Part shown: piece after piece, positions 1 through 13,250 of the stretch
Layout: every line of letters begins with the position of its first letter
Position numbering within the stretch: position 1 is the first letter of the stretch
Source: Lytechinus pictus
Taxonomy: Eukaryota
Direction: 5' to 3'
DNA length: 64,000 nt
NCBI RefSeq assembly: GCF_037042905.1
Contig: NC_087255.1
Coordinates: forward strand, 31,992,001-32,056,000
Position numbers and translations under genes: made by a program
Notes under the pieces: generated by a model
Told to the model about the DNA's origin: nothing
Database searches by the model: none
What the model saw: the letters and a program-made list of their open reading frames with translations, nothing else

Positions 1-268
1 GGCGGATCCAGGGAGGAGGTCAATTCGCCCCGTGCCCCCCCCCCCCTTGAGAGCCATAATCATAATTTTTAATGTAGATATATGCCGTTTTTACCCAAGT
101 GTGTCCCCACTTTTGAAAGTAAGGATTTTTTTTTGCTAGTCAAATTTTTCGCAGACGAATGACCTTCAATTAAGGTGAAAACGTTTTTTTTTCTTTTTGG
201 GCTTGTCAAATTTACATCGGGAAAACGAATGTGCCCCCACCCGTTGGAAAATCCTGGATCCACCCCTG
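1..268. mobile_element. hAT-like MITE, truncated by the window start
   Basis: GGCGGATCCAGG at 1-12 is the inverted match of CCTGGATCCACCCCTG ending at 268; TSD cannot be checked. Confidence 0.55.
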
Positions 269-3200
269 AACTGTATTAGTACATGTTTCACAGTCATGTT
301 AGCGGAGAACATCAAAGTAGCCGATTTCACTACCTACGCAAGGACTCAAAACTGGGACCTGGAGTTCCGGTCCTAGAGCTCCCCCACCTTTTTCAATAAA
401 CGTGTACAAAAATACAAAAAAGATACCATCTGATTTTATTATTTGTTTTTACATTAGACCCGACATTAGCCCCCCCCCCCCCCCCGGCCCCCCCTCCCAC
501 TGTAAGATCCGCTCCACTAGCCATTAGGGTATCAAATTAGGGGTTTCTCTTTTCATGTCCCTTTGGTCGCAGAATTAGAGCATAATTATCCTTCATATTA
601 CTTAGGGCTAAGAGTGGCTTATCTTGTATGTTACGCAATTTAGGGTTGCAAATTTGGTTATGCAGATTGCGCCGTTTTATTTCGGGTAGATCTCTAATGT
701 TTTTGGACACGGGTGGGTTGCCCGGTGCAGCCAATGTGGCGAGTGACCCCCGCCCCTCTCTCGCGGGGGTGGGGCACTTGTGCCGCAATGTTAAATTGGT
801 GATTATCCCTTTGAAAAATCACATCCCCTTGTCATTTTAGTACTAAAGTTAAATAATTCAAATCAAATTAGATGAATGTTCGAGTTTTACTCAGGTGTTC
901 ATAATGTGACATGCATGGACACGAAAATAAAGACATGATCTTAGCTTCATAGAAACGGTGATCATCATGTATTGATTGAAACGAATGGGCATGTTCAAGG
1001 ATATCATTTATCATCAAGGTGCATTTTCAATTGTTACGAAATAGTAAATAAATACCACAGTGTCCACAGGGTTGAGCCTCTTATGTTTACTCGAGACAAA
1101 GTACAGTCTTGAATAAAGTATACTCCCGTCCTCGTTCTGATCATAAAATCATAAAAAATATTTGAGTTAGCAGTTGGAAGAAATAGATATGCAAAGAGGT
1201 ATCCTCCCCTATTGAGTCAATATTTGATCCATCATAAAGAAAACGTGACATGTTTATGAAATACATATGGTTTACCTATAGCTGCTGGAGAGAAGAAGAA
1301 AATGAAAAGAGAAGTAAGAAAAAAAAAACGGAAACAAAAAAATATCTAGCAAAGGATTAGGAACAGCGACGAAATTTGGTGAATATCAGAAATGTAACTA
1401 GGGAGTAAAGAGATGATTGATCGGTTGCCAACAGCATATAAAGGATCACCCTCACAACTAAGGTGATGATGTTGGTGATAATAATAATAATTATTATTAT
1501 TATAAAAATTAATAACAATAATAATAATAGTGATAATAAAAACGATGATAGTGATAAAATAGAGAAGCAATTATTAGGCTTTTGCTCAATGTGGAAAACT
1601 TCCCCAACGACAAACGCGACTATTGAACGAAGTCAAAAGAAAGTAATCATTGTTAATAGTCTTGCTCGGCAAAACAAAGCGTACATAGAGTTACACATTA
1701 CACCCAAAAGTATCAGTTACCTAATGCCTCTGAATGACATGCAATACAGCATGAGCTTCTACCATGAAATAACTCGAAAAAAAAATTATTCCAAGCGACT
1801 GGGTCATGGTCTACCAGCCTTTCTACTCCATGGTTATTAGCACAATCTAGATTTCTTTATTGAAATATGATCAGCAGATCAGGGTCTCATTCCCTTTCAC
1901 CGATATATTAAAAAAAGGTATTTCTTTTCTACGTTCCATTGTGCCCTGCACTCTCTCGCTCCACTGCGAGTATGTGCTGGTTAATATTATACAGCATTTG
2001 ATATCAACAAAAACCTATTGTGTGGTTATGCAAAAAACATGTTTAGAAAGCGCAATTGCACTTTGGTCATATTTGAATTCGTTCATTGTCAGTGTGGAAA
2101 GTAGAAGGCGTGCAAATACTGGCCTCTCAAAAACGAGGGTCGCCAAGTCTTTATATATTTTCTTAATTCTTCCTCAGAACATGCCGCGAAATCGTGCAAG
2201 AAAGGGACTTTGGCCTTTGATCTTTCTTCTCTGTACCAAACACAATACTTCTGACGATCACAAATTAGTCAAGATCTGCTTTATAGGGCGTCACTGTCAC
2301 CTACAACCCCCCTTCCCTCTGAATAACTATCCTTTTTCGTCTTCTCTTCCTATCTCTGTGTCAGGCCACAACCGTTTCATCTCCTTACACAGTAAAAAAA
2401 ATAAAAATCACGCTGTTTAACCCGTCACTCTAACAACAATTTTTTTTACTTTTACACAATTGTTTAAGCTTTACGTTTTCAACATCTTGTTAAAAAAATC
2501 AAACATTGCACAATTAGAGTGACGGGCTTAAACAACCTGCTTGAAATATAAAACAGCGATTTTACGGTGTACATCGCTCATTGCTTTATTTCTCTGTTCA
2601 AATTAATAATAATTTAATTCATTTAATGCCCCGCCCCCTCTCTCTCTCTCTCCTTCCCTCTCAATTTCACCATTCTCCCCTCCCTCCTAACTCATTATCT
2701 TTGATCTTTTATCTTTAATCTGCTATAAGCATGGACGACCATTTCCTGATTTTTTGTGTCCATCTATATAGAGGGAAGGGAAAGAGATGACTCTCTTCAA
2801 CAGGCTCCTGTGAAAAAATTAAAAATCAAGGGAGCTACGTATGTCTCCCCCTCCCGTCTCTGGAATCGCCGCCAATGGTTATAATTATGTACTTCCATTG
2901 AGAAATAACCTTAATTGTTAACAAAAGACCTTGCCCCCCTCGATCGGTTTCTAGTCTGAATGCCTTCTGCATCTCCCAATTTTTTTTTTGTTTCCCCACA
3001 ATCGATTTTGCCGCAATAACTCAAATATTGACACGTTCTGGTGAAATGCTACCTAAAACAAAGAGAAAAAAAAAAGAGAATGCAAAGCTAATAATCGTAA
3101 AGAACCTGCGAGTAATTGTGGTTCTCTATCCTTCTGCACCCCTCCGGGGGTCACACCCCTATACAGTCACAGAAGGAAGTTATATCCGAACGATTCTAAA

Positions 3201-3396
3201 TCTTGTTTCATTAATTCGATTGATGACTGTCATATCAAGTCATATTCACCACCAACAATAAGCTGGTTTGGGTAGAAATAAACGTAAACAAAATGCACTG
3301 CAAGATATGAAGGGTCTACCATTTTTCATTTCACTTTCATAATAAAGAAGTAACCTTGTGGGCCGTACAAATGAGGGATTCGTGGAACTGAAAGAG

Positions 3397-4861
3397 CAAC
3401 CGCGTAGCCAGGATTTCATTTTGGAGGGGGCGGTAATCGCACGCGAAGCGTGCCAACACTTACAGAGCGCGCGAAGCGCGCTCCCTAGGGGGTGGGTGCA
3501 GGGAGGGGGAGTTTCCCGCGCGAAGCGCGAAGCTTTTGGTGTTTCATAAATTAAAATGAAAAGGAGCCGTCTCTCTTGTCTCTAGTACCTATATCACCCC
3601 CAGTTCAGTTGACAATATTGTGATTTTGAACCTTTTTTTCATGAACCTTATTTTCAAAAGTGATTGTGAGCGAACGCATAAAAGAGGAATACAATGGAGG
3701 AAATTAAAATAATAACCCCGCGCGAAGCGCGGAAGCTAAAGCGTTTTTTCAATTTTTTTCTGCCATGAAAAGGGTCCCGATAAAAGGGTATTTTCAAAGA
3801 TATATTGAATACTTCCCTTGGAAAGATCATATTTGATTACAAACAATTTAGCGACAGTGCATAACTCGCAAAACAGAGGAGAAGAAGTGTATATGCCGGG
3901 AGGAAGATATTCCTCCCCGCGCAGAGCAATGAAACTCTGAAGTTTCAAAGGGCGGACGTTTCATCAAATTCAGATATCTCTAATACCCCATCGGGTCTAA
4001 TTCGATTGATTTTCTAAGATTATTGAACTTCATTACAAGGAAAATAGTGCGCAAAAAGTTGAAACTTCTGTGATTCATTGAAATTATATAAAAAGGATGC
4101 CTAATTTCTTTGACTTATCCTGAAGCGCTTCATTTTGAATTATAAAGAACCCTAAGTGTCATTCAAAATTTCAAACTGAGTGCGCAAAACAGGACAAGAG
4201 ATGAATGTGCAGGGAAATGACATGTAGTTTAATAGAATATGATAATAAATATTGTACTTTTTTATCTAATACGACACGAATTTTATACCTTCCTTTTTTT
4301 AAATTAGGAACCTGTTTGCCCCAAAATTATGGTTGATTAGTAATGAGCTGAAAAGCAGGAGAAGTTGACTTTATGGAGGTGACGGCAGAAATTGATATAA
4401 AGATTTTACCCGCCCATGGCCGACCCGTCCAGAAGTTGCGCAATCAATTAAAAAAAAAAAGATAACTTCATATACTTCGGCCTAACCTTACTCTAATTCC
4501 ATGCCCTAATCTATACATTTGAACTTTAACTGGCAAGAAACACATATAGCTGAGGTGGAAAAGCAGAGTTAGAGAAAGGGTGGGGAAACAATGGAGAACT
4601 TCAATATTATCATTTAACCGCGCGCCGCGCGGTAGCAAAATTCATATATAAATTTAGAGCAAGAGAGAAGGAGTTTCTCTTTTGAGAAAAAAAATAAAGA
4701 ATAAAAAGAAAAAAAAACACAAAGCTACCTTTCTTCCCTTTCCTCCCTTCCCTTTTCCTTTTCTCCCCTCTTTTTTCCCTTCTTTTTTTTTTCTTTTTGG
4801 GGACGTTTTTTTTTGGGGGGGCGACCGCCCCCACCGCCCCCCCCCCCTGGCTACGCGCCTG
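3397..4861. mobile_element. Non-autonomous hAT-like DNA transposon, copy 1
   Basis: TIRs CAACCGCGTAGCCAGG / CCTGGCTACGCGCCTG; perfect 8-bp TSD TGAAAGAG (3389-3396, 4862-4869); second copy at 52221-53690. Confidence 0.9.
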
Positions 4862-5403
4862 TGAAAGAGGGATGTATTTCAACTCATAATAGATTTGAAA
4901 TAAAAAAAAACATTTTCACCATTAATATAACAACAGAGGAAATTATGATTTTATATAAAATCAATTACATTCTTGGAGGAATAGATAAAATATTCTTGAC
5001 GCATCAGTGCCTTCATTAGCCGTCCAAAAAATAGGGCCTCCATCAAAATAATGAAATCATGATGATCATAAACATAATCTCTGTACCGGGCTCTATACAC
5101 GCGGTGTTGTACTAAAAGAAATAAATCCATCAAAACTTGTAATTATCATTACCCTGGTGCAAATAAAAATATGCTCAAAGTAAAGATTACAAAGCAACAC
5201 CGGCGTATCTAGTTGGAGGGGTGGGGGCTTGGGGCAAAGAAACCGACGAAATTTACAGCACGACTCAAGAAAAAAGGAACAGAAAAAAAGGAGGAAAATT
5301 GTGAAATGTGATGTTTCTTTCTAAATATTTCCCCTATGATATACATGCAAAAATACATGTATGTCCTAAAATGTTTCAAATGTTCGCTCGCTTGTGAACT
5401 TAA

Positions 5404-5997
5404 AGGGGAATCCAACCCAAATAAAAACTTGTTTTTATAAGAAAAAGAAAAATCAGACAAGTTGATAGGTGAAAGTTTGAACAATATTGGACAAACACCA
5501 AGAAAGTTATGAATTTTTAAAAGTTGTAAATATTGGTAATCACTATACTCATGGAGACTTCAAATTGGCCGCATATGGTATGTCATAGTGATGTAAGGCA
5601 AGGACTACTCTTCCATGTACTCCAATACATATTATGGCTAAAATGTCATTTTCCCAAAAGTTTTACTTCAAATTATATTTTTCTTTCATGAGGACACTAA
5701 ACAATATACTACCTGGGTTATATTTATATTACTGCCCCAGGGGAATGGGTACCTAGGAGAAAACCACAAATCCCTGATAATAAAGTACATGGCCTATGGG
5801 AAAGTTGTCCTTGCCCCTTGTCATAATTTACTTACCCAGTTGCCAATTTGAAATGTACATACTATTAGTGATCTCAATTTTAAAGCAGCTATAACTTTCT
5901 TATTGCTTGTCCGATTTCTTTCAAACTTTCACCATTCTGTTTGATTTATTTTTCTCCTTCCCAACAAACCATTTTATGGCCAAGGTTGGATTCCCCT
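5404..5997. mobile_element. TTAA-targeting MITE (Kolobok-like)
   Basis: TIRs AGGGGAATCCAACC / GGTTGGATTCCCCT with TTAA on both sides. Confidence 0.75.
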
Positions 5998-6304
5998 TTA
6001 AAGAAATCTTGCCCTATATTCCATATTATATCCCCTCATGTTTTCTTTGCCTGAATACGTGACATAAAGAGACTGCATAATCATAACAGGAAGTATGTGG
6101 TTCCAACTCTATATCGCATCTCTTGATTTGAAGTACGGTTCAGAAAGTAAACGCGATGACCAATTAAGTTCATTGTTGCATCCTGCTTTAATATTGTCTA
6201 ACATAGACATTCGACCAATCAGAATGGTTGTTTTTCATTTGTATTTGATTATAATTCTTATAATCTGCCTATTGATTTTTATTCATTTTTTTGTTACATA
6301 ACAG

Positions 6305-6348
6305 CTGTGCCTACCTGTGATGTTTCTACAGGCATTTCCAAAACGGAA
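6305..6348 (+). CDS. Collectrin-like protein exon (xVPTCDVSTGISKTE)
   Basis: T-rich tract plus CAG acceptor, GTGAGT donor; phase 1 in, phase 0 out. Confidence 0.6.
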
Positions 6349-6982
6349 GTGAGTATAGAATTTTCTTGGTTTAATTTTTATCATGTGCACATGTTCCTAT
6401 CTAGCATAGCATTTTTCATTTATTTCATATTAAATCCATGCAAAAATAAATAAATGGAATACTCTAAACTGTAAAGGCTTTGTTTGAAATTTTAAGCGCG
6501 TTTTTTGTAAGCCCGTATTTTGTTTAAACTCTATTAAAAATATTTGATCATTGTTTAAATGGTTAAAGTTTGTAAACAACTTGTTAAATACTATAAACAA
6601 TAGTTGTTAGAGTGACGGGCTTAAACGATGTGCTTAAATTATGGAATACACTCTAAAAAAAAAGGATTGGTCAAATTACCATTATCTTAGTTAATAATGT
6701 GTCTGACCGAGTTTCTAAACAATAATTTGGTCAATTTTTGGCATTTTTCTTGGTCGGATTAACCAAGAGAATTGTGATTTTGACCAATCTCTTTTAAGAG
6801 TGACTCCGTTCTCCCAGTGGGCCGGCCCTACATAACCGCATTATCATCAGTTCTTCTTACAGCAATTGCTGAGCCTGGTCTACGAACATAATTATGACGA
6901 ATTGTATTTTCTAATACTAGGGTAATATTAAGATCATTCATAAATAATTCCTGTTATTTTATTCCTTGTCCTATCTATACAG

Positions 6983-7039
6983 TGTGATGAATACGTCGCT
7001 GCTGGTGCCATAACTGTGACATTCGACGGCAAATCCGAC
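6983..7039 (+). CDS. Collectrin-like protein exon (CDEYVAAGAITVTFDGKSD)
   Basis: TACAG acceptor, GTAAGT donor; 57 nt, phase 0-0; GC-richer than flanks. Confidence 0.75.
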
Positions 7040-7559
7040 GTAAGTATAAACATTTATATTCTTTTTGGTTATGATATTTTATCAAACAATGAAAGAAAGA
7101 AGGTATATACAAAAGCGATACGTCCATAACGAGTAAAAAACATGGGTTTTATGCACGTGGTATAAATATTTTTTTTAAATTAAGTCGTATCGTCTTCGTT
7201 ACATGGGTTTCACGGTTATTAATCACAAGATATTATATTTTATATCAGATTTTTAAAATGACTTTAACATATCAAAAAAATAACGTTCATAAGAATGATA
7301 ATTTTTCTCCTCCCAAACTACAAGGAAACTTGCTCAGAACTCCGATGTGATTCAGATGTTGAATATCAAATGGTTTTATTGTGAATTGATCCATATTTCG
7401 TTCGCAAATTATATATATAGTACATTTCAAAGGCTGTTTTAAACTGCCAACTATGGATGACATTATACTCAAGGATTTTCCCGTAATGAAGGACAATTAT
7501 CTCTCATTCGATAATTCATTGAAATCTTTATCTTTCGTCTATATTGGGTTTTTTTTTAG

Positions 7560-7639
7560 GCTTTAACTGATGTGGAAACGGAACTCTTCAAAGAAGTCAT
7601 CGCTAACGTGACCAACGACTATGTTTTCCTTCCAGTTTT
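7560..7639 (+). CDS. Collectrin-like protein exon (ALTDVETELFKEVIANVTNDYVFLPV)
   Basis: Poly-T TAG acceptor, GTAAGT donor; phase 0-2; NVT sequon. Confidence 0.8.
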
Positions 7640-8032
7640 GTAAGTAAAATTCTGGTTGGTATTTCATAAAGCTGTTCGTAAAGTTACGCACGACTGGAAC
7701 ATGTTCTTAGGTCATAAATCAACTTCATAGGGATATCACATAGCACAAAAAAGGATCACCAGTCGTGCGTAAAGTCATTCGTATCTTACGAACAGCTGTT
7801 ATGAAACACCCTCTGGGCTACAGGGCCTATAGGGTACACAACTGAGCAAGAAATAGCTAGGTCATGCTTCTTGATATGGGGAAAGGGGCAAAAGTTTACA
7901 TAAGTACAAGATAAGAAAAAGGTAGAAAAGGGTCAAACGTCAGAACTATATATGGAAGCACTTTCCCGTTAAAAAAATGCGCCAGTGCACCTCCCCCCCC
8001 CCAAAAAAAAAAAAAATATACATATATATATA

Positions 8033-10069
8033 CACAACAAAAAAAGTAAGTCCCCCTTAAACAAACATCAATAATTTCCGAACCAATGCGAGTTTTTAAT
8101 ATATTTTTACATGAGCGTGTAGGTAATTTTATAAGCTATCTTCTGAGTAAATGTTATGGACATATTTTACGTCATGCTTCAGTGAGCACCGTCAGAAGGC
8201 AAAAATGTCACTTTTCAAAAGTCACAAGCCAAATATCATTACTTTGATTCCATTTTATTGGAACTAATTCCACATTCTCATCATGAAAAATAGTCAGAAG
8301 GCTTGAAAAAAGGTACTTTCTAAAAGACGATACAACTTTTTTTGGATAAATTTCACGGTTGAATAAACACAAGTCCAAATTTGCTATAATTAGATTTTTC
8401 ACACATTTCTATAAATAAAAATGATAGAATATGATGACAGTTATTTTTTAGAAGAGTATCTTCAGCAATATTCATCGATTCACGGTTCAATAAACATTTA
8501 TTAAATACAAAAATAAGATTTTCAAATATCATAGGCATATATTGTTTCATTTTGGTAACTGAAAATGACCTTTTCTCAACTGTTTCGTTATGTTCATGAC
8601 CAATTAACATGCTTCAATGATTCAAAGGCGTTTAATTAAACATTCACGCTTGAATGAACATGTGGAATGTGATTAGCTCTTTTTTACGTTATTGGAAAAA
8701 ATGCAATTTGTAACTATGGATATCTGTCACAAACCTCCATGCATAGTTCATTTGATTTGATTTTTATGAAAATCCCGATGTTTAATGCATCAGTGAGCAC
8801 ACAATATTCGAAAATTATGCAAATAAGAAGAAAGTTCAAGGCCTTGGCGGCTTGGTTATTTGGAATGGTTATTTTGGTGTGCGCGCCTTTTGGATATAGT
8901 GTTACTCTGAAGCCATGTGCGAAGTTTCATGAAATAACTGTTGGCAGAAGTAACAAAAACCGTCCATGAAACAAACCCTCATTTCATATTTGTTAAAATT
9001 TTGAATTCCTCTCTCATAGACTTGTGTACATTATCATTTATGGGTGCATATGTTTAAGAATAAGTAACCCCTTTTTTCAAGGCTGTCTTTAGCAATGTCA
9101 TTTGGCAGTAATGTTTATCAACCCATGGGCAGAATTCTGTGCAAAAATGAAATCGATTTGTTTATTTATGGATGAGTGAGCACGCATCAAAGTGGGAAAA
9201 TTGGTATTTTCAATCATTTTAAAGGGTAATAAAGTGAATATTGGGGGCAAATTCGGTTTGAAATGTGACTTTAATTGCTGTGTTTTTATCATCCATCATT
9301 TCTATCATCACACAATTTCCGAACTTTAACAGTTTTCATGGTTGAGCGAGCACATTCGAAAACTTAGGAATGAATACTCTTTACACTGCATAAATGTATT
9401 CTTTTTCTAACAATTTCTCATGATCAGTTTAATTTATGGACAAATCAGTGGTGGATCCAGAATTTTAAAATGGGGGAGGGGTCTATAATCGGGGGAGACA
9501 CCAACATTTTCAAATTTTAACATGATCTAACAAGTTGTAGAGGATACTACCATAAACTCGGCCCTATGATAATACCTCACAATACAGGGGCCGCGGAACG
9601 GTTTTCAAAGTGGGAGAGGGGGGGCTGACCATGCAAAAAATCACAATCGTATGGTCATTTTTACATTTTTGTACATGCTTTTGGAAAAAAGTGGGGGGCT
9701 GAGCCCCCCCCCCCTTCCGCGGCCCCTGCAATACATTCAATCACTCAACCATGAACATACGATATTAAAATTGTGTGAAGTGGCTAAATGATGGATAGTA
9801 AAACAGCATAACACCATAAAATTCACCTAAAAACAACTTTTGCCCAACTTTGTATTTGCACAATCTGAAAAACGACTCTTGTGACTTTAAAAAATGGTCA
9901 TTTTCAATTCAATCTTTAATCACTCATGCATGACTCAACCGATCAATCTCATTTTTCACCAGGAGTTGCTTAATGAGTGTAGAAAACCACCTACGAAATA
10001 TATCTCAAAATAATTCCGTTCAAAAATTACAGCAATTTGATTTAGGGGGGAATGACTTTTTTTGTTGTG
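8033..10069. mobile_element. Non-autonomous TA-flanked TIR element (Tc1/mariner-like)
   Basis: TA-CACAACAAAAAAAGT ... ACTTTTTTTGTTGTG-TA; no transposase ORF. Confidence 0.6.
9585..9728. mobile_element. MITE with 5-bp TSD (hAT5-like), copy 1
   Basis: TIR CAGGGGCCGCGGAA; TSD CAATA; inverted sister copy at 39135-39286. Confidence 0.8.
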
Positions 10070-10462
10070 TATATATTACATTTTTAAAATTCTCTTTCTT
10101 TTTCTAATTTGCTCTGAGGCAATGTGAGCATCTAATTATAGTTCATTTCAACGGCATTAAGGCAAAACTTTATGCGGTAAACAAGATTACATCCATACAA
10201 ATAAAATTCAATTAATATCAGATTCAGATTATCTTATTTAAATGGTGAGCGGGAAAAAATCATTAAAATTTTCAATTTTTAATATAACATAACATCTAAC
10301 ATTTTATCTAACATCTTTTTAATGATATTTTCAATTTTGACTTTCACATTTCAGAATGTGTTTCTTGCATGTTTATCATCCCCTCCCCCCTCCCCCCCCC
10401 CCAAAAAAAAAATATTAATAAATATAAATATCGTTACTACCCTTTTTACTTATTCAAATTAG

Positions 10463-10777
10463 CCCAGAGCATGTGATCATCGTGCAGCGTGTTCGTAACA
10501 CCGCAACCGATGAATTCGGCCTTGTGTTCTTCGTGCGTAACCCATCCCTTTCCGAGTTCATGCCCGTAGCACTCCGCAGGCAGGAGCTATACCTGATGGT
10601 GAAGCTAAACAACGGTATGATCAACGAATATCTTGGTCCCGGTTTGGCCATCACTGCCCAGGAGCCCCCATCTTCGTACCCATTGGCTATTCCAGCTTGG
10701 GCGATAGCTATCATTGGCTATGTCGGGCTGATTATCTTCATCTACTGCATCATGGTGTTGACTAGTGATTGGAGAAG
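10463..10777 (+). CDS. Collectrin-like protein exon containing the transmembrane helix
   Basis: PEHVIIVQ...FFVRNPS...IPAWAIAIIGYVGLIIFIYCIMVLTSDWRR; TTAG acceptor, GTATGT donor; phase 2-2; overlaps ORF 10473-10796. Confidence 0.9.
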
Positions 10778-11370
10778 GTATGTGGGCGAGGTTTAGATGG
10801 AATGCAAGGGATGGCCCCTCCCCCCCCCCCCCACCACTTCCTGAAAAAAAATCCCCAAATCACTTGATGGTGGTCATGATGATGACAGAAATCATAATTA
10901 TTATTATAATAATGTTCGATATAAATAGAAAATCATTACTTCCACTACTACCAATAGATATAACAATAATGATGATCATGATCATAATAATAACAATAAA
11001 TATAATGATAATAATGATAAAGTGCTTAGAGAAATTCTAATAGATGCTATATAAATATATTGAATCATTATCATTATAAATCATAATACATATGATAATA
11101 ATAATGGAGATGATACTAATGCTTGGAGTAATAAAATGGCAATGATGATGAGCCCAGTGAAAATATTGTTATTAAGACATCACACATGAACTATTCCCCA
11201 ATACAAGTCATAGGTATTCCCTATTTGGGGTGAAACACAAATTTGTCTAAAGTCACGTTATGTGCCTATTTACGAATCAAGCAGGAAATGTCCAGAACAA
11301 AAATATTTTTATCATCAGCCTACTTTATTCAATTCTGTTTAGTACTATGTACTCTATTTCATCCCGATAG

Positions 11371-11572
11371 GAAAAAGTCTGAAGAGTTTGAGGCAAGTCT
11401 AGAGAAGGAGTACTATAACAATACAAATGGAGTGACTGCAGCAGGTGATGAGATACCAATGAAGAAGATACCAGCTAACAATGACTACCAGGAGATTACA
11501 GAGACCAAGAAGAATGATGGACTGTCCAAGATATCCATAGGAGTACAAACGCCTCGTCATGTCGCTGTTCAG
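11371..11572 (+). CDS. Collectrin-like protein, cytoplasmic exon (KKSEEF...HVAVQ)
   Basis: ATAG acceptor, CAG|GTAAGG donor; phase 2-0; basic stop-transfer RRKK spans the junction. Confidence 0.85.
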
Positions 11573-11719
11573 GTAAGGGAAGACCATCAAGCTACCATTC
11601 ATTCTAACATGGGGGGCATTTTATGAAACAAATTGTCAATGACTTTTAAAGCTAACAAGGAAAAAATATATCAGTGGAAAATCACTGACTGTTTATTTCA
11701 TAAAACACTCCCCAGTTGG

Positions 11720-13250
11720 CTATAAATAATAGGTTTCTTGGCAATCCACGTCAAACCACTAGTGATGAATATCTTATGGGTAATAGGTTTCTTGACAATC
11801 CAAGTCAAACCACTGGTGAGCAATATCTTATGGGTAATAGGTTTCTTGGCAATCCACGTCAAACCACTAGTGATGAATATCTTATGGGTAATAGGTTTCT
11901 TGACAATCCAAGTCAAACCATTGGTGAGCAATATCTTATGGGTAATAGGTTTCTTGACAATCCAAGTCAAACCACTGGTGAGCAATATCTTATGGGTAAT
12001 AGGTTTCTTGACAATCCAAGTCAAACCACTGGTGAGCAATATCTTATGGGTAATAGGTTTCTTGACAATTCAAGTTAAATTATATGTCATCAATATCTTA
12101 TGGGTAATAGGTTTCTTGGCAATCCACGTCAAATCATAGGTGAGCAATATCTTACGGGTAATAGGTTTCTTGACAATCCAAGTCAAACCACTGGTGAGCA
12201 ATATCTTATGGGTAATAGGTTTCTTGAGAATCACAGTTAAACAACAGGTGATCAATATCTTATGGGTAATAGGTTTCTTGACAATACAAGTTAAACCATA
12301 TGTGATCACTTTCTTATGGGTAATAGGTTTCTTGACGATACAAGTTAAACCAAATGTGATCAATATCTTATTGGCAATAGGTTTCTTGACAATCCAAGTT
12401 AAACCATATGTGATCAAAATCTTATGGGTAATAGGTGTCTTGACAATCCAAGTTAAACCATATGTGATCAATATCTTATGGGTAATAAGTTTCTTGACAA
12501 TCCAAGTTAAACCATACATGTGATCAATATCTTATGGGTATTAGGTTTCTTGACAATCCAAATTAAACCACAGGTGATCAATATCTTATGGGTAATAGGT
12601 TTCTTGACAATACAAGTTAAACAATATGTGATCAATGTCTTATGGGTAATAGGTTTCTTGGCAATCCAAGTCAAACCACAGGTGATCAATATCTTATGGG
12701 TAATAGGTTTTTTGACAATCCAAATTAAACAATGGGTGATCAATATCCTATCAGTGATAGGTTTCTTGACAGTCTATGTCAAACCACAGGTGATCAAAAT
12801 CTTATGGGTAATAGGTTTCTTGACAATCCAAGTTAAACCACAGGTGATCAATATCTTATGGGTAATAGGTTTCTTGACAATACAAGTTAAACCATATGTG
12901 ATCAATATCTTATGGGTAATAGGTTTCTTGACAATCCAAGTTTAACCACAGGTGATCAATATCTTATGGCTAATAGGTTTCTTGACAATACAAGTTAAAC
13001 CAAATTTGATCAATATCTTATTGGCAATAGGTTTCTTGATAATCCAAGTTAAACCATATGTGATCAAAATCTTATGGGTATTGGGTTTCTTGACAATCCA
13101 AATTAAACAACGGGTGATCAATATCCTATCAGTGATAGGTTTCTTGACAGTCCATGTCAAACCACAGGTGATCAATATCTTATGTGTAATAGGCTTCTTA
13201 ATGAATGAGATCAATGCCATAATGGACAATTCAAGCCAACAATAGGTGAA
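11720..13250. repeat. Intronic 54-bp minisatellite, about 28 copies
   Basis: Unit about ATGGGTAATAGGTTTCTTGACAATCCAAGTTAAACCACAGGTGATCAATATCTT; period 54 (e.g. 11776, 11830). Confidence 0.95.

Noticed and set aside
1346-2420. ORFs of 125 and 186 aa as the start of the + gene
   Set aside because: Derived from (ATA/ATG)n microsatellite or low-complexity DNA; no suitable signal peptide with a phase-1 donor
11698-13245. Repetitive ORFs such as (GNRFLDNPSQTTGEQYLM)n resembling a neuropeptide precursor
   Set aside because: By-product of a 54-bp minisatellite: no G-K/R-R sites, no signal peptide, stops in later units, and the flanking exons join in frame without it
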